The notes: a model not told the origin generated them from the letters alone. DNA of 64,000 nucleotides from an uncultured Ignavibacteriales bacterium (GCA_964627305.1 CAZVHP010000004.1:207971-271970); one strand, 5' to 3'; counted from the first letter of the stretch, positions 1 to 9,597 are shown. Translations and numbers: made by a program.

Positions 1-948
1 ACTGTCGAAGACCTGATCGCTGAAGAGGAAATGGCCATCACGATCAGCCACCAGGGGTATATCAAGCGGCTGTCGATCTCAGCGTACCGCAGGCAGCAGC
101 GTGGCGGCAAAGGGATCATTGGTATTGAGACCAAAGAGGACGACTTTGCCGAACACCTGTTTGTCGCCTCCACCCATGACTACATTCTCTTCTTCACAAC
201 CGCCGGGCGCTGCTACTGGGTGAAGGTGCACAGCATCCCCACCGGCGGACGCCTGGCCAAGGGCAAACCCATCGTCAACCTGTGCCGCATTGAAAAGGGC
301 GAGGCGATCACCGCCTTCTGCAAGGTGCGTGACTTCACTCCGGACACGTTCGTGATGATGACCACCCGCAACGGCGTGGTGAAAAAGGTGTCGCTGGACT
401 CCTTCAGCAACCCGCGAGTCACCGGCGTCAACGCCATCAACCTGCCCAAAGGCGATGAGCTGATCGAGGCCTCGCTGACCGATGGCACCAACGATATCGT
501 CCTGGCTACCCGCAACGGCATGGCGATCCGCTTCCACGAAGACAAGGTGCGCGCCATGGGGCGCAGCGCCTACGGCGTCAAGGGGATTAACCTCGGCAAG
601 GGGGATGAGTGCATGGGCATGGTGGTCATCCGCCGGGATTCCTCGATCCTCGTTGTCACCGAGAACGGCTACGGTAAGCGCTCGGCCATCAGTGACTACC
701 GCGTGACCAACCGCGGCGGCAAGGGAATTATCAATGTCAAGACCTCGGACCGCAACGGCAAGGTGGTCTCGATCAAGGAAGTGATCGACGATGATGAGCT
801 GATCCTGATCACACGCAAGGGCATCGCCAACCGTCAGCCGGTGAAGCAAATCAAGGTGATCGGCCGGAACACACAGGGTGTGCGGCTGATCAACCTCGGT
901 AAGGACGATAAGGTGATCGACGTGGCCCGCCTGGCAACGGGAGACTGA
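1..948 (+). CDS. gyrA: DNA gyrase subunit A, C-terminal domain (5'-truncated by window edge)
   Basis: Frame 1 is open from base 1. GyrA-box-like QRGGKG (RRQQRGGKGIIG) and repeated beta-pinwheel blades (G.KG...L..D, NRGGKGI) fit the gyrase A CTD. Stop at 946-948. Confidence 0.9.
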   Translation, partial: TVEDLIAEEEMAITISHQGYIKRLSISAYRRQQRGGKGIIGIETKEDDFAEHLFVASTHDYILFFTTAGRCYWVKVHSIPTGGRLAKGKPIVNLCRIEKGEAITAFCKVRDFTPDTFVMMTTRNGVVKKVSLDSFSNPRVTGVNAINLPKGDELIEASLTDGTNDIVLATRNGMAIRFHEDKVRAMGRSAYGVKGINLGKGDECMGMVVIRRDSSILVVTENGYGKRSAISDYRVTNRGGKGIINVKTSDRNGKVVSIKEVIDDDELILITRKGIANRQPVKQIKVIGRNTQGVRLINLGKDDKVIDVARLATGD

Positions 949-1149
949 GGGGTTGTCCGGGGGCAGCGAGGATGAGGTTTGAGATGAGGCAATAGACGCC
1001 CGGAGTTGCGGGGCTATAGCTTGACTTGATTGTTCGCAGACGCACGCAGTTGCGACCGAACCCCGGAAACAGGTTGACAAAACCGGCGTTTTGGACAATT
1101 ATACTCACCCGGTCGGGTTCGTCCTGCCCGGGGCGATATGTCATATATC

Positions 1150-1221
1150 GGGGGTGTAGCTCAGTGGTAGAGCACCTGCCTTTTAAGCAGGGTGTCGAAG
1201 GTTCGATCCCTTCCACCCTCA
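1150..1221 (+). tRNA. tRNA-Lys (anticodon UUU)
   Basis: 72-nt cloverleaf. Acceptor GGGGGTG/CACCCTC (one G-U); D-arm GCTCAGTGGTAGAGC; anticodon stem CCTGC/GCAGG with loop CTTTTAA; T-arm GAAGG-TTCGATC-CCTTC; discriminator A. CCA is not encoded. Confidence 0.9.
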
Positions 1222-1232
1222 CTTTTTTTCAG

Positions 1233-1436
1233 CTACCCGTCCGTATTCTCAGAGATCACCTCAAAGGCCGTCCGGCCCGTCCTGAGCATCAGGCGCACAT
1301 ACGGATGACACCGCCGGCAGTTCCTGCCGAACGTCACATGCTGCTGCAGCTCCTCAACCGAGCGTGCGCCCGTCTTCCGGGCGATCTTCTTCAGCTCGCG
1401 AAACGTCTTGTGGTAACAGACACATCGGGTAACCAT
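1233..1436 (-). CDS. BFD-like [2Fe-2S]-binding domain protein (bacterioferritin-associated ferredoxin-like)
   Basis: 67 aa. Cys pattern C-x-C ... C-x2-C (VTRCVCYHKTF...GRNCRRCHPYV) with an FRELKKIA..G..S.EEL helix, as in BFD-type small ferredoxins. Confidence 0.7.
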   Translation of the reverse strand: MVTRCVCYHKTFRELKKIARKTGARSVEELQQHVTFGRNCRRCHPYVRLMLRTGRTAFEVISENTDG

Positions 1437-1676
1437 TATGTAGCTGCAACAGCCTGCACATGGCTGTGGTTCGAGTCTCGAAACAACATCAGAATCCCGT
1501 CACGAGGGGTTTTTATCTTGCTCAATTTGCCGATTAATACGTTAATGGAAGTAGACACTGGGAAAGGAGGTGGTCAGATATATGATAGACTACAGTGAGG
1601 TGGCTGATATTTAGTCGGCACCCAGACCGATTTCTCGTTTGGGATTGTCGCTAAGTAAATCCCAACAGCTAAACCG

Positions 1677-1716
1677 AACCCGGCGCTCACCGTGCGTGGA
1701 TGCCGGGTTTTCTGTT
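1677..1716 (+). terminator. Orphan intrinsic-terminator-like hairpin (plus strand)
   Basis: AACCCGGC (1677-1684), 17-nt loop, GCCGGGTT (1702-1709), then TTTCTGTTCTC. No annotated plus-strand gene lies upstream of it. Confidence 0.45.
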
Positions 1717-1737
1717 CTCAGAAAACATGACAGCGGT

Positions 1738-1773
1738 CCCCAAAAAGAAGTTCCCGACCGAAAAGCCGGGAAC
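1738..1773 (-). terminator. Orphan intrinsic-terminator-like hairpin (minus strand)
   Basis: Minus strand reads GTTCCCG-GCTTTTCGGT-CGGGAAC followed by TTCTTTTTGGGG. No annotated minus-strand gene feeds into it. Confidence 0.5.
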
Positions 1774-1990
1774 GTGCAGACAATTGGTGGTAGGAATAGA
1801 ATTCACATAAGAAGCCGTGACCAAGCTTCTTGCAGGTTATACCCTCGGACGATCATGTTGGTTTCTGGGTTAACCGAAAATTGACACTATGTGTCCCAAG
1901 CGTCCGCTTGCCGATTCAGCAACCCCGATGTAAATTGCTGCGTTGAAGCATCAAGGCTGATCACCGGCAAGAGCTAAACAGGAGATTCTG

Positions 1991-3397
1991 ATGGATTACA
2001 GGACCCGCACCAGGATTGCCCGCATTCTGCTCGATGATGCTATTGAGCCCGGCTCTGAGATTGTCGTGCAGGGGCTGGTTCGCACAGTCCGTGTTAGCAA
2101 GAATGTCGCTTTCATCGATGTCAACGACGGCTCGTGCATGGGCAATCTTCAGGGGGTGGTTCTCAATCCGGAGAGCTTCCCGGTGCTGGAGGATATCCAT
2201 ACCGGGGCGGCGGTTCGCCTCAAGGGCAAGCTGGTTCCCTCCGAAGGCAAAGGACAGACCCACGAGCTGCAACTGTCCGAGGTCGATCTGGTCGGGCCTG
2301 CGGATCAGGAGTATCCCCTGCAGAAGAAGCGACATGGCTTTGAGTTCCTGCGCGAGATAGCACACCTTCGCCCGCGAACCAACACTTTCGGAGCGGTAGC
2401 GCGGATGCGTTCCAGGCTGTCGTATGCCATACACCGGTATTACCAGGAGCGCGGGTTCCTGTATGTCCATACACCGATCGTCACCACCTCCGACTGCGAG
2501 GGAGCCGGCGATCTGTTCCGTGTGACCACCCTTGATCTGAACAATATCCCGCGTCGGCACGACGGCGCCATCGACTGGGACAAGGACTTCTTCGCGTCCG
2601 AGGCGTTCCTCACCGTATCCGGGCAGCTCGAGGCGGAGCTGATGGCCACTGCCCTGGGGGATGTGTACACGTTTGGCCCGACCTTCCGGGCCGAAAACTC
2701 CAACACCGCGCGGCATGCCTCGGAGTTCTGGATGATCGAGCCGGAGATGGCCTGGGCCGATCTTGATGACGACATGGACCTGGCCGAGGACTTCCTGAAA
2801 TATCTGTTTGCCTACGCCTTGAATGAGTGTGCCGATGAAATGAATTTCTTCGGCCAGTGGGTTGACAAGACCGTCCGCGAGACACTTGAGGGTGTGGTTG
2901 GGTCGACTTTCGAGCGGGTCACCTACACCGAGGCGATCGATCTGCTGCAAAAAAAGGAATCGAAAACGAGATTCGAGTTCCCGGTCAAGTGGGGACTGGA
3001 CCTGCAGACCGAACATGAGCGGTTCCTGACCGAGAAGATCTTCAACAAGCCGGTCATCGTTTACAACTACCCGGACGAAATCAAGGCGTTCTACATGCGT
3101 CAGAACGATGACGGCAAGACCGTAGCCGCCATGGATGTCCTGGTGCCACGGGTGGGCGAGATAATCGGCGGATCGCAGCGTGAGGAGCGGCTTGACGTGC
3201 TTCAGGAACGGATGAAACGCAAGGGGATAGCCAATCCCGAGGTGTATTTCTGGTACCAGGATATCCGTCGCTGGGGATCGATGCCGCACTCCGGGTTCGG
3301 TCTGGGCTTTGAGCGGGCCGTCATGTACATCACCGGCATGCAGAATATCCGCGATGTGCTGCTGTTCCCGCGGGTGCCGCGATGGGCCAAATTCTGA
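1991..3397 (+). CDS. asnS: Asparagine--tRNA ligase
   Basis: 468 aa. N-terminal OB anticodon-binding domain. Class IIb motifs [23 protein letters not shown] and [27 protein letters not shown]. Confidence 0.95.
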   Translation: MDYRTRTRIARILLDDAIEPGSEIVVQGLVRTVRVSKNVAFIDVNDGSCMGNLQGVVLNPESFPVLEDIHTGAAVRLKGKLVPSEGKGQTHELQLSEVDLVGPADQEYPLQKKRHGFEFLREIAHLRPRTNTFGAVARMRSRLSYAIHRYYQERGFLYVHTPIVTTSDCEGAGDLFRVTTLDLNNIPRRHDGAIDWDKDFFASEAFLTVSGQLEAELMATALGDVYTFGPTFRAENSNTARHASEFWMIEPEMAWADLDDDMDLAEDFLKYLFAYALNECADEMNFFGQWVDKTVRETLEGVVGSTFERVTYTEAIDLLQKKESKTRFEFPVKWGLDLQTEHERFLTEKIFNKPVIVYNYPDEIKAFYMRQNDDGKTVAAMDVLVPRVGEIIGGSQREERLDVLQERMKRKGIANPEVYFWYQDIRRWGSMPHSGFGLGFERAVMYITGMQNIRDVLLFPRVPRWAKF

Positions 3398-3724
3398 ATC
3401 AGGTCCACAACAAAAAACAGCTCCGGAGCACTCTTTCCGGCAGGACGGCGGCGTCCTTACACGTGACTATGCGGGAAAACAAGCGTCCCGCGCCGGGGGA
3501 GGGAGAACGACGCGGGACGGCCGTGAGGCGGCCATGCTGTCGATCCTGAGATGTCAGTCAAGCCGCCTGCTTGCGAATTTTGTCTGGCATTATTATAACA
3601 TGGGTTGAGATAGTCAAGTTTCAAAAACCGGTACTGTTGTCGCTGTTCTCCTGCTGACATCAAGTAAGGCGAAGTTCCCGCACCAGAGGTTACATCTGCC
3701 ACACGTATCCGGAAATCAGAATCG

Positions 3725-4654
3725 TCAGCGTAGCAATCTGCGGCGGTTGTCCTCAACCCGCCTCAAGCCGCTGGTGGCTCCCGCCTCGGGGGCACCGCTC
3801 GGACGCTGCATCACAGCTCCCGGAGGAGCGTAGTACCCCGTCCCGGGGGCATCGGAGAGCTGCCAGTTGTTGGGGTCAGAGGCATCACCGCCCAGATGAG
3901 TCATCCGCCAGCCATACTCGAAGGGCACGAACTCGTTCCAATCGGGTGACCAGTAATCAATGTAGCCCCAGAAGTCATAGACACCCTGAGATGGATTATC
4001 GATGGCCGTCATGTAAATCGACAACCAAAACACCCAACCGTCGTTGTAACCGTATTGAGCGTTGACCGCCGCGATCACCTCAATATCCCCCCAGCCGTGC
4101 ATAGCCGCATAGGCGAAATGTACCAGCGGCTGGCAGCCCGCAATCGTAACCGTATCATGAACATACTGCGTCTGGTATACCGTGTCCGTCATCGTCTGCA
4201 CAATCGTATCAACCTGAACAATCGTGTCAAAAACAGCAATGCTGTCCGTGACAACAATCGTGTCATGAATGAGCACCGTATCATGCTCCACCACCGAAGT
4301 ATCCACAAACACCGTGTCGCCCCCGCCGCCCACAAGAACGACTGTATCGACGACAATCAGAGTATCAGTTCTGGTAACGTAAGTCGTGTCGTATCGCCAG
4401 GTGGTATCGAATCGCCAGGTCGTGTCGTAGTAGATGACAGTATCGCTTTGACCGACATACTGGGTTACCGTGTCGACAGTGTTCACCGAGTCGATCCGGT
4501 AGACGGTGTCCCGAACAAAAACCGTGTCAGTAACCTTGACAATCTCCTGAACCCGCTCAGACGAGTTGACGATGCGTTCCTTGTCGCAGCCAGTAAGGCC
4601 CAGTCCAGCGGTCAGCACAAGCGCCATAAGGGCCGAAATAATGAGCCGTTTCAC
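3725..4654 (-). CDS. Lipoprotein with about 19 tandem DT[VI]-hexapeptide repeats and an aromatic-rich C-terminal domain
   Basis: Signal peptide plus lipobox (LGLTGC). Residues ~40-175 are DTVFVR/DTVYRI/DTTWRF/DTTWRY/DTLIVV/DTVLIH/DTIVVT... units. I do not recognise the family. Confidence 0.75.
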   Translation of the reverse strand: MKRLIISALMALVLTAGLGLTGCDKERIVNSSERVQEIVKVTDTVFVRDTVYRIDSVNTVDTVTQYVGQSDTVIYYDTTWRFDTTWRYDTTYVTRTDTLIVVDTVVLVGGGGDTVFVDTSVVEHDTVLIHDTIVVTDSIAVFDTIVQVDTIVQTMTDTVYQTQYVHDTVTIAGCQPLVHFAYAAMHGWGDIEVIAAVNAQYGYNDGWVFWLSIYMTAIDNPSQGVYDFWGYIDYWSPDWNEFVPFEYGWRMTHLGGDASDPNNWQLSDAPGTGYYAPPGAVMQRPSGAPEAGATSGLRRVEDNRRRLLR

Positions 4655-4751
4655 TTTGGTCTCCCTTCGATGGCAGGGTCAACATCATATCACTGCTGAC
4701 AGGGCTGCAAACGACGGGCCAAATTTGTCGCCCCCCTCTCCGAAGAGCTAT

Positions 4752-4763
4752 GATATTATAGCA
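4752..4763 (-). promoter_or_regulatory. Candidate extended -10 promoter for the DT-repeat lipoprotein gene
   Basis: Minus strand reads GTGCTATAAT (TGn + perfect TATAAT), about 95 nt upstream of the ATG at 4654. The nearby TTGACC is only 13 nt away, so the -35 is unclear. Confidence 0.4.
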
Positions 4764-4878
4764 CAATTGGTTAGGTCAAGTCCAAGTGGTTCGCAAGGCA
4801 GGCACTAACTTGCCTATTTGATGAAATCGATGGTATGGCCTGACCACCACGGCCGGAGCAGAGGGCCGGACTCTCGGC

Positions 4879-5964
4879 TCAGGATTCCTCGGCGACCTTC
4901 AGATCTGCGCTGGCGTCGGGATGCAGGCGGAACTCAAGAATCTTCAGCAACGTGATGAAAGCCGCGGCTACCAGCGGTCCCAGCACTACCCCCAGCAGGC
5001 CGAAAACCGCTATTCCACCCATGATGGCAAAAAACAACAGCATGGGGTGCATGGAGGTCCGGCCCGAGATCAGCATCGGGCGCAGGACATGATCGATCTG
5101 GCTGATAACACCAGTCCCCAGAACCAGGATGACAATACCCTTAGCCCAGGATCCACCGAGAATCAGGATTATCCCTGCCGGGATATAGATGAGAAAGGGG
5201 CCCACCACCGGCAGCACCGACATGAAAGCCATTATTGCCCCCCAGAAGACGGGCGAAGGAATCCCCACGGCGGCAAACAGTATCCCGCCCAGTGTTCCCT
5301 GGACCAGGGCCACAACAATGGCTCCATACATGGTGGCCTGAATGACGTCGCGAAGCTGCCCGAAGGTCACGTTGGTCTGATTGACCGTCAGCGGCATCAG
5401 ACGTTTGATCCGTCGGATGACCACCTCGCCGTCCTTGAAGAAGAAGTACATGGTGAAGATCATCAGAATGAAGTAAAAGACCGCTTTGGTGGCGTTGGCA
5501 ATGAGCCAACTGGTCTGGTTGAGAATAACCGAACTAACCTTGTCTATCGCGTCCCTGATCAGATCCTCGAGCTTGAAATTGGACAGATCGTAGTATTGAG
5601 ACAGCTTGTTGCGGATCGACTCCAGACCCGGGATCTGGAACGAGAGAATCTCATCCAGCTCTCCGCTTCGGTACATGGTATTCACCTCACGGACCGCATC
5701 ACCCGCCTCGTTGACCAGGGCCACAAATAGATATGTTGCCGGACCGATTATCAGAATGACTATCAGAATGCACATGATGGTCGCAGCAATACCCTTGCGT
5801 CTGACCTTCCCCAGCACCCATGTGTACGGCGGGTAGAACAGAATGACCAGCACCGCCGCCCAGATGATAGGCACGAAGAACGGTACCATTATCTGGTAGA
5901 AAAGATAGACAAACACCGCAGCGATAACCGTAAACAGGGCGACAAGCAGATGTTCGCGCTTCAT
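4879..5964 (-). CDS. AI-2E family transporter (PerM/UPF0118-like permease)
   Basis: 361 aa with about 8 TM segments. The layout (N-terminal TM pair, large loop, C-terminal TM cluster with GL.G..LGP) is typical of the AI-2E family. Confidence 0.8.
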   Translation of the reverse strand: MKREHLLVALFTVIAAVFVYLFYQIMVPFFVPIIWAAVLVILFYPPYTWVLGKVRRKGIAATIMCILIVILIIGPATYLFVALVNEAGDAVREVNTMYRSGELDEILSFQIPGLESIRNKLSQYYDLSNFKLEDLIRDAIDKVSSVILNQTSWLIANATKAVFYFILMIFTMYFFFKDGEVVIRRIKRLMPLTVNQTNVTFGQLRDVIQATMYGAIVVALVQGTLGGILFAAVGIPSPVFWGAIMAFMSVLPVVGPFLIYIPAGIILILGGSWAKGIVILVLGTGVISQIDHVLRPMLISGRTSMHPMLLFFAIMGGIAVFGLLGVVLGPLVAAAFITLLKILEFRLHPDASADLKVAEES

Positions 5965-6211
5965 ACCCGGTCAACCATCATATGCATCAGGTTACTTTCC
6001 ATATCCAACAATGTATTTCGTAGCCCCGGCCGGGGCAACTGTAAACATTTCCTGTCTGCTCCAAGTCATCCCGCCGTCCCGGCGCCGGGAACCAATTCGG
6101 GGTTGCCCGGCAGTTACCGGCGACCTATATTCCAATCTCGGTGTATAACAAGACGATGCGTGATCCCGACCGGGTCCACGTGAACAACGCCATCCTAATG
6201 GGAGTTTGTGC

Positions 6212-7996
6212 ATGCCATCTCGAAGACGGGCGGTGCTGTCTCTTTCGGTACTGCTGCCAGTGATCTTCGCAGCCTTGATCGGTTGCGGCAGCGACAAGAA
6301 ATCCACCTCATCAGGACCAGTCCTGCCGGGTGATTCCTGGACCCTGCAATCCTCTCGAAGCGGGAGCTACCTGACCTCTGTTACTCACAACGGTACTCGC
6401 TATGTCGCCGTCGGACTGTCCGGGACTATCGTCACCAGTGAGAACGGCGAGGTCTGGTCGCGACAGCCGTCAGCCGTCACGACCGATCTGCTGGGCGTGG
6501 CGTCTGCTCCCGACGGCGCCGTCGTGGCAGTCGGAAATAATGGGCTGATTCTCGAGTCCTCAGATGGCCTGACCTGGACTGAATCAGAAAGCCCCACCGA
6601 AAACTGGCTGCACGGCGTCGTCCATGACGGCACCAAATTCATCGCGGTGGGGGCCGCCGGCGCCATCGTCTATTCCACCGATTCCACCTGGCAGATAGCG
6701 ACAAACTCCTCATTTGCGAACATGTACGACATAACCGTCCGCGGCGGCCAATACGTGGCCGTCGGCACTAACAAGGTCCTGCTTTCCGACGATGGCACCG
6801 CCTGGGTCGACACCCTCGGCACCACAGGGTTTGTCCTGCACGGGGTGGCGGCCTCTCCCGAGCGCTTTGTTGCAGTCGGACAGTCAGGAGCCATTCTCAC
6901 CAGTGATGACGGCAACTTCTGGGTCCGGCAGCTATCCGGACTCGGCATCTACTTCTACCAGGTTGTGTACGCAGACGCACAGTTCATAGCCGTTGGCGAG
7001 AACGGACAGATCATTACCTCACCCGATGGCATTATCTGGACGCTGCGCCCTTCCGGAGTTTCCGCTCACCTGCGCGGCCTGACCTGGGACCCCAACGAAC
7101 CGCGGGTCGTCGCTGTCGGCAACAACGACAACATCACGACCTCCATCGACGGCCTCTCGTGGACCTCAACCTTCACGGGCAGCTCCCGGACGCTGCGAGC
7201 CGTCCTTCTGTTCGATACCTTGCTGGTGGCTGTGGGTGATACCGGGGCAGTGGTCACATCCTCAAACGCCGAGCTGTGGTCCACTCAGATCACAGGGGTC
7301 GAGGCCGACCTTCTCGCCGCGACCGTGTTCGACGACCAAATCTATGCTGTCGGCCGCAACGGTACGGTGGTGCGTTCGTCCGATCCCGTTACCTGGGACA
7401 CCATCGCCAGCTTCGTCACCACTCCGATCTACGGCATCGCCGCCAGCTCCTCAAGACTGGTCACTGTAGGACGCCTGGGGAGGATACATTACTCCGACGA
7501 CGGAACCAACTTCAACCTGGCTATATCGGCATTGCCGGGTGACTGGCGAGCGGTCACGTACGTGAACAACATGTTCGTTGCTGTCGGTGAGTTCGGGGAG
7601 GCAGTCTACAGCACCGATGGTAGCACCTGGAATTTCGAAAACACCGGAACCGAGGTGACCCTGTATGGACTGGGAGCCAATGACACCCTGCTGGTCGCGG
7701 TCGGTGATTCGGGAGTGATTATCACGCGCCCGTTGAGTGGACACGAGTGGACCCCGGTCGAGGAAACCGCAACTGACTACGCACTTCGGGCCGTTGCCTG
7801 GTCCGGCGAACGGTTCGTCGCTGTCGGCGATATGATCGGCGAAACCAGCTTCGGCTACAATGTCGTTGTCTCCGACGATGCCATCCAGTGGGCGGCCCGT
7901 ACTTCAGCCGGCGCGATCAACATGTACGATGTGCTCTGGAACGGCGAGCGGTTCGTCTCCGTGGGTGAGTTCGGCGTCATCCGGACCTCACCATAG
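6212..7996 (+). CDS. Lipoprotein with tandem BNR/Ycf48-like beta-propeller repeats
   Basis: GGGAG RBS 7 nt before the ATG at 6212 (the track start at 6206 is TTG). Lipobox LIGCG. At least 12 repeats of about 40 aa, each with G.I..S.DG..W (TSENGEVWS, SSDGLTWT, SDDGTAWV, SDDGNFWV, SPDGIIWT, SIDGLSWT...). Confidence 0.8.
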   Translation: MPSRRRAVLSLSVLLPVIFAALIGCGSDKKSTSSGPVLPGDSWTLQSSRSGSYLTSVTHNGTRYVAVGLSGTIVTSENGEVWSRQPSAVTTDLLGVASAPDGAVVAVGNNGLILESSDGLTWTESESPTENWLHGVVHDGTKFIAVGAAGAIVYSTDSTWQIATNSSFANMYDITVRGGQYVAVGTNKVLLSDDGTAWVDTLGTTGFVLHGVAASPERFVAVGQSGAILTSDDGNFWVRQLSGLGIYFYQVVYADAQFIAVGENGQIITSPDGIIWTLRPSGVSAHLRGLTWDPNEPRVVAVGNNDNITTSIDGLSWTSTFTGSSRTLRAVLLFDTLLVAVGDTGAVVTSSNAELWSTQITGVEADLLAATVFDDQIYAVGRNGTVVRSSDPVTWDTIASFVTTPIYGIAASSSRLVTVGRLGRIHYSDDGTNFNLAISALPGDWRAVTYVNNMFVAVGEFGEAVYSTDGSTWNFENTGTEVTLYGLGANDTLLVAVGDSGVIITRPLSGHEWTPVEETATDYALRAVAWSGERFVAVGDMIGETSFGYNVVVSDDAIQWAARTSAGAINMYDVLWNGERFVSVGEFGVIRTSP

Positions 7997-8024
7997 TGAC
8001 GACTCCATCACCTGATACAAGACA

Positions 8025-8070
8025 GTGAAGCGGCGGTCAGGTCTCACCCGGCCGCCGCCGTTGCCTTCAC
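8025..8070. terminator. Imperfect long hairpin between convergent genes (possible bidirectional terminator)
   Basis: GTGAAGCGGCGG ... CCGCCGC ... CTTCAC. The outer arms GTGAAG/CTTCAC and inner arms GCGGCGG/CCGCCGC pair. No clear U-tract. Confidence 0.35.
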
Positions 8071-8094
8071 AGTCAAACGAATGTCACCACAAGA

Positions 8095-8598
8095 CTAAAC
8101 CTCAGGCGGCTGCATTCCATACTCGGTCCAATCTTCCTTGGCCGGACCGAACAGGCCGGGGACCTTCAACCCCGCCTGCCGCATCAGCACCGTCATCTGC
8201 CCCCGATGGTGAATCTGGTGGTGGACCAGCACCTTCAGCGTGACCTTGCGCGGCCACTTCTCACCGTACAGATCGTCCTCCTTGTCAAGCGTCTCATCTG
8301 TCCAGCTCTGTTTGATCCTCTCCAGCAGCATGCGGGCGACAACCTCGTAAGCGTGACGAATGTCCTTCGATGTTTCCGACATCGGCGAATTCTCACTGAG
8401 CACGTCGATGGCGATCCCGGTATGGGCCATCATCTCCGGAATGGTGGTGGTAATGTGCCAGGCAATTCGTCCCAGCGTCCGGTGACCGTCAGCGACCGCC
8501 TGCGACAGAGCGCTGTCAGGGATGTTGTCGAGCATGGTCAGCATGCGCTCGATCTCCCGCGTCCAGTCATCCTCAAATTCCTTGATGGTGTGATACAT
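8095..8598 (-). CDS. DinB family protein (four-helix-bundle metalloprotein)
   Basis: 167 aa. His triad context (GRIAWHI..., HHQIHHRGQMTVLMRQ) typical of the DinB/YfiT-like superfamily. Confidence 0.8.
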   Translation of the reverse strand: MYHTIKEFEDDWTREIERMLTMLDNIPDSALSQAVADGHRTLGRIAWHITTTIPEMMAHTGIAIDVLSENSPMSETSKDIRHAYEVVARMLLERIKQSWTDETLDKEDDLYGEKWPRKVTLKVLVHHQIHHRGQMTVLMRQAGLKVPGLFGPAKEDWTEYGMQPPEV

Positions 8599-8646
8599 GT
8601 TCTCTCGTGTTTCCCTCGGTTTCGATACAAATCCTAAATTGAATGC

Positions 8647-9597
8647 CTATGCCTCGCTGTTGGTGCCGGCCAGTATCTCCTCAATCCGCTCCTGCGTGCT
8701 GCCATCGAGTGTCAGCTCCGATGCTGTCACGTTCTCGCGGACATGCTCCGCACTGGTAGCACCGATAATGGCACAACTGATCTCAGGCCGCCTGAGAATC
8801 CAGGCCAGGGCAAGATTGGACAATGGCACGCCAAGATCATCGGCTACGGCGCCGAGCTGGCGGACAACCTGAAGATTCTGCTCGGTCAGGTCACCCCTGA
8901 GCCACTCGGTCTCAGCACCGCGGCTGCCCGGTGGCAGCCCCTTGTTGTACTTGCCGGTCAGCAGCCCCTGCCCCAGCGGCGACCAGACCGTCAACCCCAT
9001 ACCCAGCCGCGCACACGTCGGCAGAATCTCCGCTTCGATATGGCGATCGATCATGTTGTAGCGCGGTTGTTCCATCGAAGGTCCATAACAGCCATAACGG
9101 GCGGCCTCGTGATGTGCCCACTCAATTTGCTGGGCACTCCAGACCGAGGTCCCCCAGTAGAGCACTTTGCCCTGATGCACCAGATCGTCCATGGCCCGCA
9201 CCGTCTCATCGACCGGCGTCTCGGGATCGAAGCGGTGACAGAAATACATGTCGAGGTAGTCCGTGCCGATTCGCTTCAGCGACTTGTGGACCGACTCCAT
9301 GATGTGCTTCCGGGACAGCCCGCGGTCGTTGACATTATCCGTCATGGGCCAGAACAGCTTGGAAGAAATCACCAAATCCGAGCGCGGGATGCCCTTGATT
9401 GCTTCGCCGACCACTGTCTCGGCCTCCCCGCGTGAATAGATGTCGGCAATATCAATGAAATTGATCCCGCTGTCGATTGCGGCGCGGATGATCGGGGCGG
9501 CCTTCTGCTCACCGACCGAGGCCCCATACGTGAGCCAGGCGCCGATGGCGATTTCGGAGACCTTGAGTCCGTGCCGTCCAAGTCTGCGATATTGCAT
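8647..9597 (-). CDS. Aldo/keto reductase (Kv-beta/YghZ-like)
   Basis: Family-typical N-terminus MQYRRLGRHGLKVSEIAIGAW begins at the ATG at 9597; the longer track ORF to 9717 adds an atypical extension. Motifs GINFIDIADIY and LDMYFCHRFD. Confidence 0.9.
   Translation of the reverse strand: MQYRRLGRHGLKVSEIAIGAWLTYGASVGEQKAAPIIRAAIDSGINFIDIADIYSRGEAETVVGEAIKGIPRSDLVISSKLFWPMTDNVNDRGLSRKHIMESVHKSLKRIGTDYLDMYFCHRFDPETPVDETVRAMDDLVHQGKVLYWGTSVWSAQQIEWAHHEAARYGCYGPSMEQPRYNMIDRHIEAEILPTCARLGMGLTVWSPLGQGLLTGKYNKGLPPGSRGAETEWLRGDLTEQNLQVVRQLGAVADDLGVPLSNLALAWILRRPEISCAIIGATSAEHVRENVTASELTLDGSTQERIEEILAGTNSEA

Noticed and set aside
1460-1485. GGTTCGAGTC, a tRNA T-loop-like string about 240 nt downstream of tRNA-Lys. 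It could be a second tRNA or a duplicated tRNA 3' end marking an integrated island.
   Set aside because: The flanking bases cannot form a T-stem, acceptor stem or anticodon arm. Beyond GGTTCGA there is no match to the tRNA-Lys 3' end, and no integrase is nearby.
79-3289. Long minus-strand ORFs antisense to gyrA (79-1098, 339 aa) and asnS (1961-3289, 442 aa).
   Set aside because: They overlap strongly supported genes on the other strand. They have Arg/Ala/Gly/Pro-rich, low-complexity composition and no recognisable motifs, as expected for shadow ORFs in GC-rich DNA.
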